Made by a program: the position numbers and the translations under genes
Source of the DNA: Perna viridis
Taxonomy: Eukaryota
Assembly: GCA_037379345.1 (NCBI GenBank)
Contig: CM074516.1
Span: 27,528,001-27,592,000, forward strand
Length of the DNA stretch: 64,000 nucleotides
Direction of reading: 5' to 3'
Notes under the pieces: generated by a model
Database searches by the model: none
What the model was told of the DNA's origin: nothing
The model's input: only the letters and a program-made list of their open reading frames with translations
Shown: piece by piece, positions 12,138 through 24,434 of the stretch
How the letters are laid out: each line of letters starts with the position of its first letter
How positions within the stretch are numbered: the stretch's first letter is position 1

Positions 12138-13001
12138 TCATCATCTCAAACTATACCTGACACTAAATTCTCATTTCCTTTGATGTCATAGTTTTTATGA
12201 GGAAATGAAAGTAACTATGGAATTGTACATAAAAGTGAAATCTAAACATCATAAATATATCAATTTTTAATGTTGACATTATAATAACAAAATATGAATA
12301 TGTATAATAGGGAAATACAGTCTATAAAAATTGCTTGTATTTAAGACGTCTATCAAATAGTTATGATTGTGCAAAATATTATAAGTCTACTTCCATACTT
12401 TCGTGTGTTAAATGCCAAACCATATACATTAAGATAAATTTGTTGGGTAGGTGGCGCTTTATTGTAAATACCTTTGATTTATATCCCTTTATAATGGTGT
12501 CATCTTGTGAATTCTTCGTAAATAGCAACTTGAAAAACCAACGAGGTATAAGTCTGCACTGCAGCTTTTACTTTAACAAGCCGAGCTACTCATAGTGCTT
12601 TCTATATCTCCGTATTAAGAAAAACTGCAAATTCAAATGAAATGGTCAAATTGAATACAAAAACATACAGCTATAAGAAATCAATTTCTGTCAGGTACCA
12701 CACAAATATAAATTTTGTATGTAAAGATAGTGAAATATTCGACACAGAGAATAGAAGGTGTGTATTTGGGCATGACAAACAAACATTTATCACAAAGTCA
12801 TTTACATTTTGACTAGTTATAGTCCAAAGCCGGTCATATTTACCAATATGATGGGCCAAAGGCCTATAATTCAGCGAACCTGAAAATGGCGCTTAATGAC
12901 ATCTTTATTAATTAATTAAAAGTTCAATATTATCATGTATTATCATGTAACAAAAGTTGCTTCAGTAAGTAGTTTGAAAACTTCATTTCTTACATTTACT
13001 T

Positions 13002-14229
13002 ATGTTAGTCCTGAAAAATTCGAAAGATCTTTTGGAGACAATCAGTTCAAGACTATTATCTGAATTTAATAGCATTAAAACCTATGATTTTTCAACACTG
13101 TATATTTCTATTCCCCATACTCAGTTAAAATCCCGAACATTATACATCGTCGTTTTTTCCAAAAAAGATGATACACCTAGATACAAATATATAGTTCTTG
13201 GTAGAGATTCCTCATACTTTGTAAGAAATTATGCCAAATCATCTTCCAAATATACAGAGGAAGATGTTTACAAAATGCTGGAATTTTTAATCGACAACAT
13301 ATTTGTCCAGTGTGGTGGACGTGTTTTTCAACAAACGGTCGGCATTCCAATGGGAACAAATTGTGCTCCTTTACTAGCTGACCTATTCCTTCACTCTTAT
13401 GAGGCTGACTTTATAGCTGATCTGATCAGAAAGAAAGAATATTGTTTAGCTAGATCCTTCAATCTCAGTTTCCGCTATATAGATGACGTGTTATCTTTAA
13501 ACAATCCTAATTTCGGGGATTTGATACATCGCATCTACCCAAAAGAACTTGAGATAAAGGATACTATAGACACTGTGAAGTCGGCCTCATATCTTGACCT
13601 ACACTTAGAAATCGATGGTAAAGGAAAACTATTGACCAAACTTTACGACAAACGTGATGACTTTTCATTCAGAATTGTCAACTTTCCTTTCACCTGTGGC
13701 AACATCCCTTCGGCTCCTGCGCATGGAGTGTTCATATCACAACTCATACGTTATGCCAGAGCTTGCCGAAACTACGCAGACTCTTTGTATCGCGCTAGAA
13801 CTCTAACAAATAGGCTTCTGGAATAGGGTTATGTTGCTACAAGATTAAAGTCATCACTATAGAAGTTTTATGGTCGTCATCATGAACTCGTGGATCGTTA
13901 TGGTGTATCCATCAGCACCATGAAAACTGATTTATTCAACGGGTCATAGTTTTCCTTTCCTTGTTTGTCTACCCCGGACTTGACTTTTTATGAGCAACTC
14001 GGCGGGTGTTTCTAGAAAAGCAGAGGATGCTTACCCTACCGGTGCACCTGGTCCATGCTCCCAGTTTTTAGTGGAGTCCGAGTTGCTCATTTACTTTTGT
14101 TACTTTGTATGTATGATTTTAGTTACTTTATGTTCTTTGTTGTGTATGTCTGTTTTCCATGTCTGGTCTTTGTCCCTGGATTACATTCTTTTGATTACCG
14201 CTATAACCTTGGTTCCCTTGATTACTCTC
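13002..14229 (+). mobile_element. 5'-truncated Penelope-like retroelement: RT core and thumb plus 3' UTR
   Basis: RT motifs TYDFSTLY, GIPMGTNCAP, FRYIDD, YLDL and LYDKRDDF. Premature TAGs at 13824 and 13860, where other copies have CAG/CGG. Natural stop at 13947-13949 with no C-terminal GIY-YIG, consistent with the Naiad-type N-terminal endonuclease layout. Confidence 0.88.
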
Positions 14230-17200
14230 TAACACAAATCCCTTCGAAATATAAACAATAGATCAAACGTATAAAATGAAATACTGCTTATTAAAATTTT
14301 ATATTCGGTTTCAAGTTATTAAAAACCCACGTATATATCAATTTAAATTGTTATGCTTGTTTATAGATTAAAGCTTATAGAGGTAAACAGCTACCTTAGA
14401 TATAGTTAACAACCAACTACTAGAAGTCTGTTATGACTTAACGATTAAGAAATGTACCCGATAAAAGCTCACCAAACAAGGAAGAAGTTTAGACAACTAG
14501 ATCTTTTAGACTAAATGGTTTTTCTCTGCGAATTTACTTACCATTTGTGATCTAATATTTGTATTGTTATATATCATATTAAGATTATGCAAAAAATGTA
14601 TTCAATTCATTTATTCAACTTCCTTTTTTGCTAGGAAGGGGGTAATCATAGACAAGATTTTACCGTACCAAAATTCTTTCATGAAAGGAAAATATAAATC
14701 TTACAGCATAATACTAAATTTATCTCAAACTTCTTATAATGGTTATGGAAATCATTAAACCATTCAACGAAAAGAAAGGCAAAAGCATACAGCAGCCATC
14801 AAAAAGTCCAATTTAGCTCAGTTAAAAACATCTGCTTAATAATGTGAAACCAAAATTTCGACAAAACTTGTGAAATGACACATAGACTGACATCCTGAGA
14901 AACTTATGTTGCTTCAGTTGTAAATGACGGTTTAATAATATTCAATAAAATATATTCAAATTAAACTTTTGTTTTTAAAAATAATCAATCTACTGATACA
15001 ATAGATATCATCAAATGTAAATTATGATAATGAAGTAGCATGTTTTTGAGGCCTTACTGTAGAAAAGGTTGCACTGTGTTTTCCTGCAGTTACTTGTAAA
15101 TCCATTGTACATGTAGATAAAAAAATATGTTCGGAATATTTTCTTTCTATTAATTTTGTTTCAAAAATCTTCTAATAATACGAGTTAAGATTGAAAAAAA
15201 ATGGTATTCAGAGAATACAAAAGATAATTTAGATGTCGTGTTTACAAAGCATTGTTTTTGAAAATAGTGTTGAAATTGAAAATTGACTTATAACGGGAAT
15301 AAGTATGGTGAATATGTCAGAGAAACAGCAACCAAACCGGGATGAACATGACAGCCCACGGCCACCCATTGGTCTTCAGTGAACGACGGGGAAACCCTTA
15401 CACCCTAGGGCAGGTTACAGCTGGTCCAAAAACACCATTATACACAGGTACTGCAATTTGGTTGCCCCTTAATACTAAATAGGAGACAAGTCTGACTACT
15501 TTATTGACAAAAAATCGGGGACTTCAGGTCCATCTCCACTTGCATCGATCCAGCGGTCATAAAATACAAAGAAAATATCAATCATTTATATATTGCAAAT
15601 TATGATATACTGTACACGTTTTCTAGGGTAACCTGCCACCAGGAGCAGTATGATTTAATATATAGGTCGATCAAAATAAAAAAAAAGTTCCTCTTGTATA
15701 CAAGAAGTACTCAAAACCAAAACTACCGAAATAGAAGCCAAATCATCATCGAGAGGTTCTACCATGTGCAGTGCAAGGAATGAAGTATCGGTGATTAATG
15801 TATTATGGAATGTTAAAACTGCATATTTTTATAATTATGATAAATATAATTCGGGGTCAGAAATGTCAGACTATTGGGTTGGTGAATATTTTTGGGGACC
15901 TCAGTTCCACCACCAGTGGCATTGGCTCAGTGGTTGTATAATAAAAAGAAAATAACAATCATATGTATTTTTCAAAAAAACTGAATACGCTGTACACGTG
16001 TCTCAAGGAGTAACATCTCGATTTAACAAACAATTATGTATTCAAGCATTAGTAAAATCCATGATTTATGATGAAGGGTAAAGACAAAAGAATCAACGGC
16101 TTCCATTCAAAGGGAAAAATGAAATAATTCCCTTGAAGTTCTCTATACAAGATTATGACACATGTAGCTCAGAAAATCTTTTTGTATAAAAAAAATCGGG
16201 CATTATAATTTTTGTCTTGAATATTAAAAATAGAATGTGAAGTTAAACAAAACTTGAATTTCCCTCATGTGCTTTTGTATCTGAATGTAACTAAGATTAC
16301 CACAGTTAGTCAAGTGCATTTCGATTTGACAAACTTGTGTTGTACATCAATGAAATCTGTACATCGGTGAGCATGCGCCAACGTGTTTCATGGAAGTTAT
16401 TGAGAGGATGTTATCCTATTTCAATATTCAAATTTTATCGATCGAAATACCTAACTGGTATATTTAAAAGTGAATCTGAAAGTAAATTTGGACAGCTTTT
16501 AACTCAGTGATTATTTCATACAGGTATGAGAAAAATAAGAAAATCGGAAGTTAGTTGCTTCACAATTTTCTCGAATAGAAATAATTCTGTGAAACTGGTC
16601 TTTCCTTAGTTTTGTTAAACCTTTAGAAAACCCGATTTTTGCTTTTTAAGTGGATTTTTATACGTTAAAGTGTAGTATATTTCATTCTAATCTTGATGTT
16701 GTGATATCAAGTTGTACATGTAATCTTATATTCCTTCTTATTTCAGTGTATCCGCATTGATGTTTATGCAAACGTAGATTATTTTATTATTTGAAGCTTC
16801 GTAAAAATCTTGACAAAAATATGGAATGATATTTCCCAACTGAATAATTATAAAATAGAACTTAATCAGATTATGACGTTTGTATGCAAAGTTTCTTGCT
16901 GTGAGTGTATATTTTATTAATAAATGAAAAGCCAGGCCATACCAGTTGTGTTAAAAACCGATGAGTCATATCTAGTCCCAAAACAAATCTCGACAATCTC
17001 AAATGCGAAGCGGCTGATAGTTTAGGCGCCATTTTGTTTTCGTAGCAACGAGATTCACGCTGGCTTATGATATATATTTCAAGTAACACACATGCAACTC
17101 TGGTACTTTGTCCTTATCTATATTGTTGCTCAAATGTTTCCGTTAATATAAATTCGTTCCATTTAAAAGAAACTGATATTTAGTCGACCAGTATTTCCAT

Positions 17201-19204
17201 TTTTGGTACGGCTGAATTAGCAAGAAATTTAATTTAAAAAATCCATGGCTTAATAGCATCTTTGTTCACTTATTGGAATGACAATGGAACTGTATTCATT
17301 CTTGTTTTAAGCAATCTTTAAACGAAGCAATATTTAGATAAACCACCAGTTGTAAGTCAATATCTGTAACTATGTGGGTTAGGAGTGAGAGAATAACTTA
17401 TTTTGCTTTTTTTGGCTAATATTGTAACTGTTACAAGTAGAGAAAAGGTTCAAGGCTGAAATGTTTTTTTTTTTATCAAACATTCATAAGGAGAGGAAAT
17501 TAGTTCAGGTCAGATATTCAGTCATTGTAGGGCCTCTAGTTCTACTTTACAATCGTTTACTGCAAAATAAAAATGATAATATTCCCACGATTAGATATCT
17601 AATATCAATCCTAGATAAGGTGGGATAACAATCAAGGTTTTAAAGTGTGTAATGGTTATGTGAGTCAATCTCGCATACACTTACCGCTAATGTTGGTTTT
17701 GAAACTGAATGATAAATCAAGGTATTTCCCAATTTAGTTTGTTACAACTATATTATTGAAATATTATTAAGGCCCTGTAAATCTATTTCAACCTACCATT
17801 TTGTTTGAAATGTCTGTACCAAGTCGGGACATTTGCAGTACTAGCTACATGTACTCCGATGGTGTAATATCTATTTTGCCAGATGTAATTTCGACTTGAA
17901 AACGTGGAAATGTACTTAATTTTTCATTTTAACCCCATTTTCCGACGTGTCCGTAAGTTTGACCAGAAGAATTTATACAAATATTGAAAAAAAAATTATA
18001 AAAGAGAAGTGAAAAAAAAGGTTGTTTGGTTCTGGTCAATGTATGCAGCCAAACCGCAAAATACAAAGCCGTGTCGTCTGCTACAGCGTCAAGAAGAAAG
18101 AATGGCGTCGTTCCTGACAGAACATTTATCTACTCCGTAAAAGGTATATATTTATATTATTTGATAGGTGTCAAAGAGTTTATCCCGGGAATTTATAGAA
18201 AATGTAAAAGTTGTACGACATAAAGTTTACATCTTATGACAAGGGAGAAGGGGTAGACTAAGGGTAGGCTGTCAGGCTATAAGATATTTGGTTTGAGTTA
18301 CGCTGTCACAGACCTGTGTATTAATTGTAGGTCTCTGGTTATGCACTGAGTATTTACTTGTATACAAATGTATATGTATTTTAGGTGTGTTTAAAATAAA
18401 GTTGTTATCCCATATCATTTCGAATCATTCGGCATCGTCCCGGGGCATGGTATTCTTTATGGTGAATGAAAACGCCGAATCGCCATGTAGACATATTCGT
18501 GATTTTGCAAAATATTGACGTGAAGAAAAAATTTGACATTACAACATTTTTTTAAAAAGCTTAAAGAAACAGCACAGCAGATGTTTAAAAATGTTCACCA
18601 ACAACAAATATAGTCTATTTTAGAGCATTGATCAACAGATAGCGAATGTAGCTTAATCGGTAACGTACTTGTCTACTGACACCAAAATGTCCAATTCGAG
18701 TCTGACGGAAGATAACATTTTCATATTTATTTTTCGTTGTTTTATTTTATTTTATTTTTTTTTATTTTTGTTTGTGTTTTGTGTTCTTATATCTAAATTA
18801 ACACTTTTTCGGTTAAGAGTTAAGACCCCTTCTTTAAGATAGTGTCTTGTTCCAACAATTTTTTGTTAGCGGTATACGTAGAAGAGCGGTATATTATAAG
18901 TTGCCTTGCTTAAATATCAAAGGTCAGTCTCGTATCCTTTAAATCGAATATTTTGTCTGCTTCACAATGCGCTAGTTTATGCCTAATATCGTGTCTATTT
19001 GATTGGATTACAAGTAGTAGTCGCCCGATCTTTTTTTCCAAAACATGTCAGCAAAATTGGTTCATGACGCCGTATCGCCTTGTATCAATTTAATATTCAT
19101 CAAATATAAAGTAATGGAAATAGCATAAAATCACATTACAAGCAGTCTTCAAAATTAAATAAGGTTTTAAAACATGAACTTTCATTGACTTCTTGATGAT
19201 AACC

Positions 19205-19435
19205 TTGATTGATTGATTGATTGATTGGGGTTTAGCGCCCAAGCAGCAATATCTCAGCTATATTCAGGCGATGAACATGAAATAGATGATAGAGTGAACA
19301 TGACATGATGATGATGCAATGAAAAATGGGATGGGATGGGATATAATGATAATAGGGTCGACAAATTTTGATTGCCACTAGAAAAAGGGAGGGATGGGTA
19401 GGGTCGGGCAATTTAGTCTCCTGTGACGGAGTTCA
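19205..19435 (-). mobile_element. SINE/LINE 3' end with (ATCA)n tail
   Basis: Reverse complement of the ATATAGCTGA..ATTGCTG..CG(T/C)TAAA tail seen at 21120-21208. Confidence 0.65.
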
Positions 19436-20889
19436 AAGGTTACTACTATCGACAAGCTTAGCGCTGTGTTGGCCTATTCGTTTGACACCCGAACTAGCAC
19501 GGGTCTTGATGATTAGCAATACAAATACTATTTATTTCCTGCGAAAAGTTTATCGGTCTGCATAGCTCAGTCAATAGCGTGTTTACTTTTTAACTAAAAA
19601 GACAAGCAGATTGAATCATGAAACTGCGCGCGCATTTTTTAAAATTTAAATATATATTTTTAAATATTGTTTTCATTAATATAAAATTATTTTTGATTCT
19701 TTTTTGTAGAAAGGTATGTTGTTTTTTTTTATCTGTCGTGCGTCTTTATTTACTATAGCGATGTGATACATTTCATACGTTGAAATAAGTTCCTTTGTCT
19801 TATATGCATCAATATATACATGTATGCAATATTTGAAGTCTAGATTCTATCTGCAAATTCCAACTTTTTTTTTTTACATTTTCTACATAGTTTAACGTTA
19901 ACAAAATATTTAGTCTAAGAGACTCGTACGCACTTTTAAAATGAAATAGTTTCGATATCACGATGCAATGAAATTAATCAATTACTGACTACTGCATTAT
20001 TACCACACTTTCTCTTTAGATTTTCAGGATGCCTGGACATGGACCTATAGAATATCCATGCATATTATGCAATAAGCGAATTAAACCAAATGAAAGGAGA
20101 CTAATCAATAAAGGTTTAATAAAAACATTACGGAAATGTTTTATGATCAAAAGAACAGACACCAGAGTCATTTGTCAAAAAAGCAGGCATAAATATAATA
20201 AAATCAACACTGCCCCTAAACTGGTTCCACAGAGGTTCAAGAATGATTCACCCAGTAACACAAAAGAATGTTATTTTGACTTCACTCCAGACAATAATGT
20301 TACCCATACAGTGCATATTGTGTCCTATGTGAAATGCCAGGACCAAATTGACCGTAGTATCTACGGATTCAAGATATAAAACATTCATGGCTCATAATGT
20401 ACTTCTTCCAGCAGAGTCAACATGTTGTCCTTAACATATTATTGACGGTGCCTTAAGTAAAGAATCCATTAACAACGCACAAAGTTTCAAAGATACGTCA
20501 TATGTAAATAGCGCTACAATAATGGAATTTTGCCGCAGTTGAAAATGAGACTTGAAGATCCAAAAAGGCTTGAATTTGTTGACCCAAAGCCCTTTCTGAG
20601 GATGACTACAAACTTTGACATAATTGAGCAAAATCTACTTTGATGATCTCATGAGGTATGTTTCTGGCATACAAAAAATCTAAATCAAGAACAATCAGGT
20701 CGTGTGTTGCAGTTTTCCTCACTAATATGAAATCTTCTATAGACAATAAGATGCTGGCAGATATGTTTAAAATGACAAAACCTCAGGTAATTGAGATGTA
20801 TAATAGGTAAATAATTGATTTCCATCTTTCATGTTGTTGAGTCAAATTGTATAAAATACCAATATCAAGGTCATTTTTTGAATTTGAAG

Positions 20890-21161
20890 CGTCAAGGGGT
20901 AGGCGAACCGGTATAAACTGTATGACGCAGAAATATTGCCCCTGTTGCCTTTCAATATATCCGTCCCTTTTTATGTTTAAGAGTTGAGTGCATTATTTTA
21001 CTTATCATGATTCAGTCACAGTGTTTCAGGAGAGAGATAATGTATGGATAGATTGTCGAAAATAAGTAAACAGCTAATGTTGTGTTTGCGATCCTTAATT
21101 TTCTCCGTTCACGAACAAGTCTGAATATAGCTGAAATATTGCTGCTCGGACGTTAAATCCC

Positions 21162-21208
<47 letters not shown>
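20890..21208 (+). mobile_element. SINE/LINE 3' portion ending in (AATC)n
   Basis: GAATATAGCTGAAATATTGCTG..CGTTAAA followed by about 11 AATC units (21165-21208). 5' limit approximate. Confidence 0.65.
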
Positions 21209-21210
<2 letters not shown>

Positions 21211-21360
21211 GAACTTATAATTAATCAAGCTGGCCGAGTCTAGGGCGCTGGACTTTGTGCAGGGGGTGTAGCGAAGGCGCTGTAGCAAATAGAGTCCAGC
21301 GCCCTAGACCAACGAAAGCTATATTTTTATATAGCATAGGTGGTCGAGTGGTCTAGATTT

Positions 21361-22237
21361 CGTGTCGTCGTTGTCAATGTCGTCGTCGTTAGCTTTTTTT
21401 TAAACTCTTCTCCTCTGACACTACTTGACCAATTGGAACCAAACTTGGTATGAATGTTTTTTTAGGTGTCCTGCATACAACCGATGTAGGCATTTTTGAT
21501 CCGTTGGAAAACATGGCTGCCGTTACTAAAAATTGAACATAGGGGTCAGAGAGTAGTTGTTTTGCATATATCTCCAAAACCGTCAGCCAAATCTGACATA
21601 AAGTAACAGTGTTCAACATGATGAGATCTATCTGTGGTGAAATTTTCATTTTAATCTGTTAAGCCATATTGGAGTTATTGCTCTATTTCGATATTTTTTG
21701 CTATTTTTAATGTAATTTCTTTCAAACTGTTCTTCTCTGACGTTATTTGACCAATTGAAAGCAAACTTGGCGTGAATATTCCTTTGTGTATCCTGCATAG
21801 AACTGATATGGATATTTTTTGATCCGTTGAAAAACATGGCTGCCGTTACTTCAAAAAAGAACATAGGGATCAGACAGTAGTTTTTTGATTTCGTGTATAT
21901 CTCCAAAACTTTTAGAATTATCTAAACACTTTCAATTCCTGAAATGATCCTTATTATATGGCCTTCAAAAGTCTTAGATATAGAAGTTGTCAGGTGACTA
22001 CTTGTAAGAGTTATTGCTCCTGAAAGATAAAAATTGATGTTATTTTTACAGTGTTCAGCCAATATCTTGAAAACAATAATAGATAGAAAGAAAATATCGA
22101 ATGCTGCACTGATCCTTATGATAAGTCCTACCAAAGCCGTCTTGAGTCAGAATTGTTGGACAACTCCTTTCTAAATTTATTGTCCTTGAAAGACTTTATC
22201 CAGGTGAGCGATTCAGGCTCCTGAGAGCCTCATGTTT
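21361..22237 (+). mobile_element. Helentron-associated non-autonomous element (HINE/DINE-1-like)
   Basis: (GTC)n microsatellite start; two diverged internal repeats (~21400-21710 and ~21720-21910); 3' CAGGTGAGCGA plus hairpin AGGCTC..GAGCCT followed by TGTTTT. Confidence 0.7.
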
Positions 22238-24434
22238 TAGTTATGGTGGTGATGTGGTAATGACTTTACTATATTTTTGACATGTTACGGAAGGACACTG
22301 GCCATGTCAAAATAGTTCATCAACACACTGAAGAAACAAGCTTTAGGCAAGTGCTACCGGTAGCTAGAACTGAAGCCTTGTCCTTTATTTTTTCAATGGC
22401 CGTTGCTAAGTGCGACACTAACTGTGCAAAAAAAATCTGTTGAAAGAGGAAATAGAAATAGGACAGTTGGATAAAATGTCTTACAAAATATAAAACAGAG
22501 GATACGTCGGAAGGTTTTCCTAGATATACGGAAGATAAGATAGGTGAAATAACAGTAGGCGTATACCAGGTTAAACATGCAAGGAGCTATACGCAAGAAC
22601 ATTTCAATCAGGATTGGAACTATGAAATGCTAATTGACGCTAATGATAAAGGGCTTTTAACAGGTAAAATACAAAGTAGACATACCTTTAGTAAAGAGTA
22701 CATGAGCTGGATACGATATGAAGAGGGTGTTATTAAATCTTGTTATTGTCAGTGCAAATCTGGTGCTAAATAGTTGGTACATGTGCACATATAACAAGCA
22801 TAATTTGGTACTTACATGTAGCTTTTGCATGCCACTCAGGTTTAAAATTAGACGGTAGTAGACAGCGGAAAGATTATATTAAGGATGCTGCAGTAGTTCC
22901 GGAAACCGTTGATGAAAGTGATGGTGACAGCAGTGTGATTAAAAAGTGAATGTGTTGAGAGGATTTTTCGCGTATTACTTGAGTAGCTGGACAGTTAATA
23001 CCAGTACAAAATATTTCTTTTTTATTCGTATAATGAATAAATAAATTACATTTGATCCATTTGTTAATTACATGTATTTAGAGCTGGCAACAGAAGTAGT
23101 GTTATATTTTGAAGTGTGACGTAACGTCATTTAAGACAATCTTAATCTAGATGGCTGATTGAAAAACTTATTTCTTCCGGGAAAAAAAATGTAAAAAGCA
23201 TTGTATTTCTATAAATTACTTACCTTAGGGGTACTTTCAGCAAAAAATTAAGAAAACACTGTAACAGGGCCAATTTCCTCCGAAAACGTACTTTCTCCTT
23301 TTGAAGATAGACGATATATATTTTGTAAAATTTAAATTATGAATCAAAGGCTGAAAGCTACATTTATCTAGTTGATATTCCCCGAAAATGAGTTATTATG
23401 TAATTATGAATCCAGTACTAAAATATTGGCGACAAATGTCTTTATGTATTAAAATGTACCCTAATATGTAATAACGGAATACACATTTATTTATGGGCAT
23501 ATTAGACAGGATATAACGCACAATAGAATGAAAAACTTGATGGTTTTGGGGCCCAGTAGGAAAATTCATTATATAGCAGGAGTCGTCTTATTTAGAGGGT
23601 TTTATGGATTTATCATGGGTCGGTGTTTTCTATATCGATTTATAAAGCATAAAAACATGGTCCACACACCAAGAAACTGGGATTACCGTTCAAGAACCCA
23701 AACAGATGTAGCATACAAGGTCATATAACACTTACTTGTTTTTTATTCAGCTTCATGTATCGGATGAAATCAGATCATTTCTGATGAATTCATTCTGATT
23801 CGGCATTAGTTGGAGATTTTCATGACAAACCATTTTCATGTCTTTTTATAACATGTATTTAAACGATACAAACAGTTTTAACAAAGGTGAGTAATTCACG
23901 ACAATTCCTTATTTAGGAATGGTATCTTTAATCAGGTGTTCAATACGGGTTGTGTCCGTGTGGTGTTTTCCGGTGAGAGTTAGATATTTCCGTTTATCAA
24001 ACAACCTATTATGGTCAAACGTAACATTAATCGTTATGAAAGTATTATATTATTTTAAACATCTACATAACAAAACAAACAAACAAACAAAACAAAAGCA
24101 AAAAAAAGGAAAACACATTTAATTCATAATTTTGGAAAAATTTCTAGAAAAGCAGAGGGCGCTTATATCTGCAATATCTGCCCTCTCATGAGCGTTACTG
24201 GCATCACTTCCGCACAGCTCTACATGTTCAAAATATTATCCTGTTCATCGGAGACTTCACAGTCTATTTGATGTGATATTGTCAGTTGATATTGCGAAAC
24301 ACTCAATTTATCTACAAGTCTTTTATGATTTTTCTTTCTTTGAAAGCAAAATGAATTAAATAATTCATTAGCCAATTAAAAAAAGCCATGTAATAATGAA
24401 ATAATCTATAATTATTAATATATCTACAGCAATA

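Larger units (their letters stand above)
20029..22949 (+). pseudogene. Decayed transposase with Cys-rich N-terminus, HTH_Tnp_4-like segment and C-terminal SWIM finger
   Basis: 20029-20786: CILC, YCVLC, LSKIYFDDL and SRTIRSCVAVFLTNMK..LADMFKMTKPQ followed by a GT donor. 22480-22949: FPRYTEDKIGEITVGVYQVKHARSYTQEH, KIQSRH, CYCQCKSGA-VGTCAH-TSIIWYL. Several stops and frameshifts; DDE core not visible. Confidence 0.75.

Noticed and set aside
13990-14261. Hydrophobic ORFs (MSNSAGVSRKAED.., MLPVFSGVRVAHLLLL..) repeated at 29523, 48885 and 56626
   Set aside because: They are translations of the T-rich Penelope 3' UTR; the frames are not preserved among copies.
18641-18710. tRNA gene
   Set aside because: Acceptor and T stems do not pair; only box-like motifs remain.
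23760-23810. Hammerhead ribozyme around CTGATGA
   Set aside because: No downstream stem II plus GAAA, and no stems I/III could be formed.
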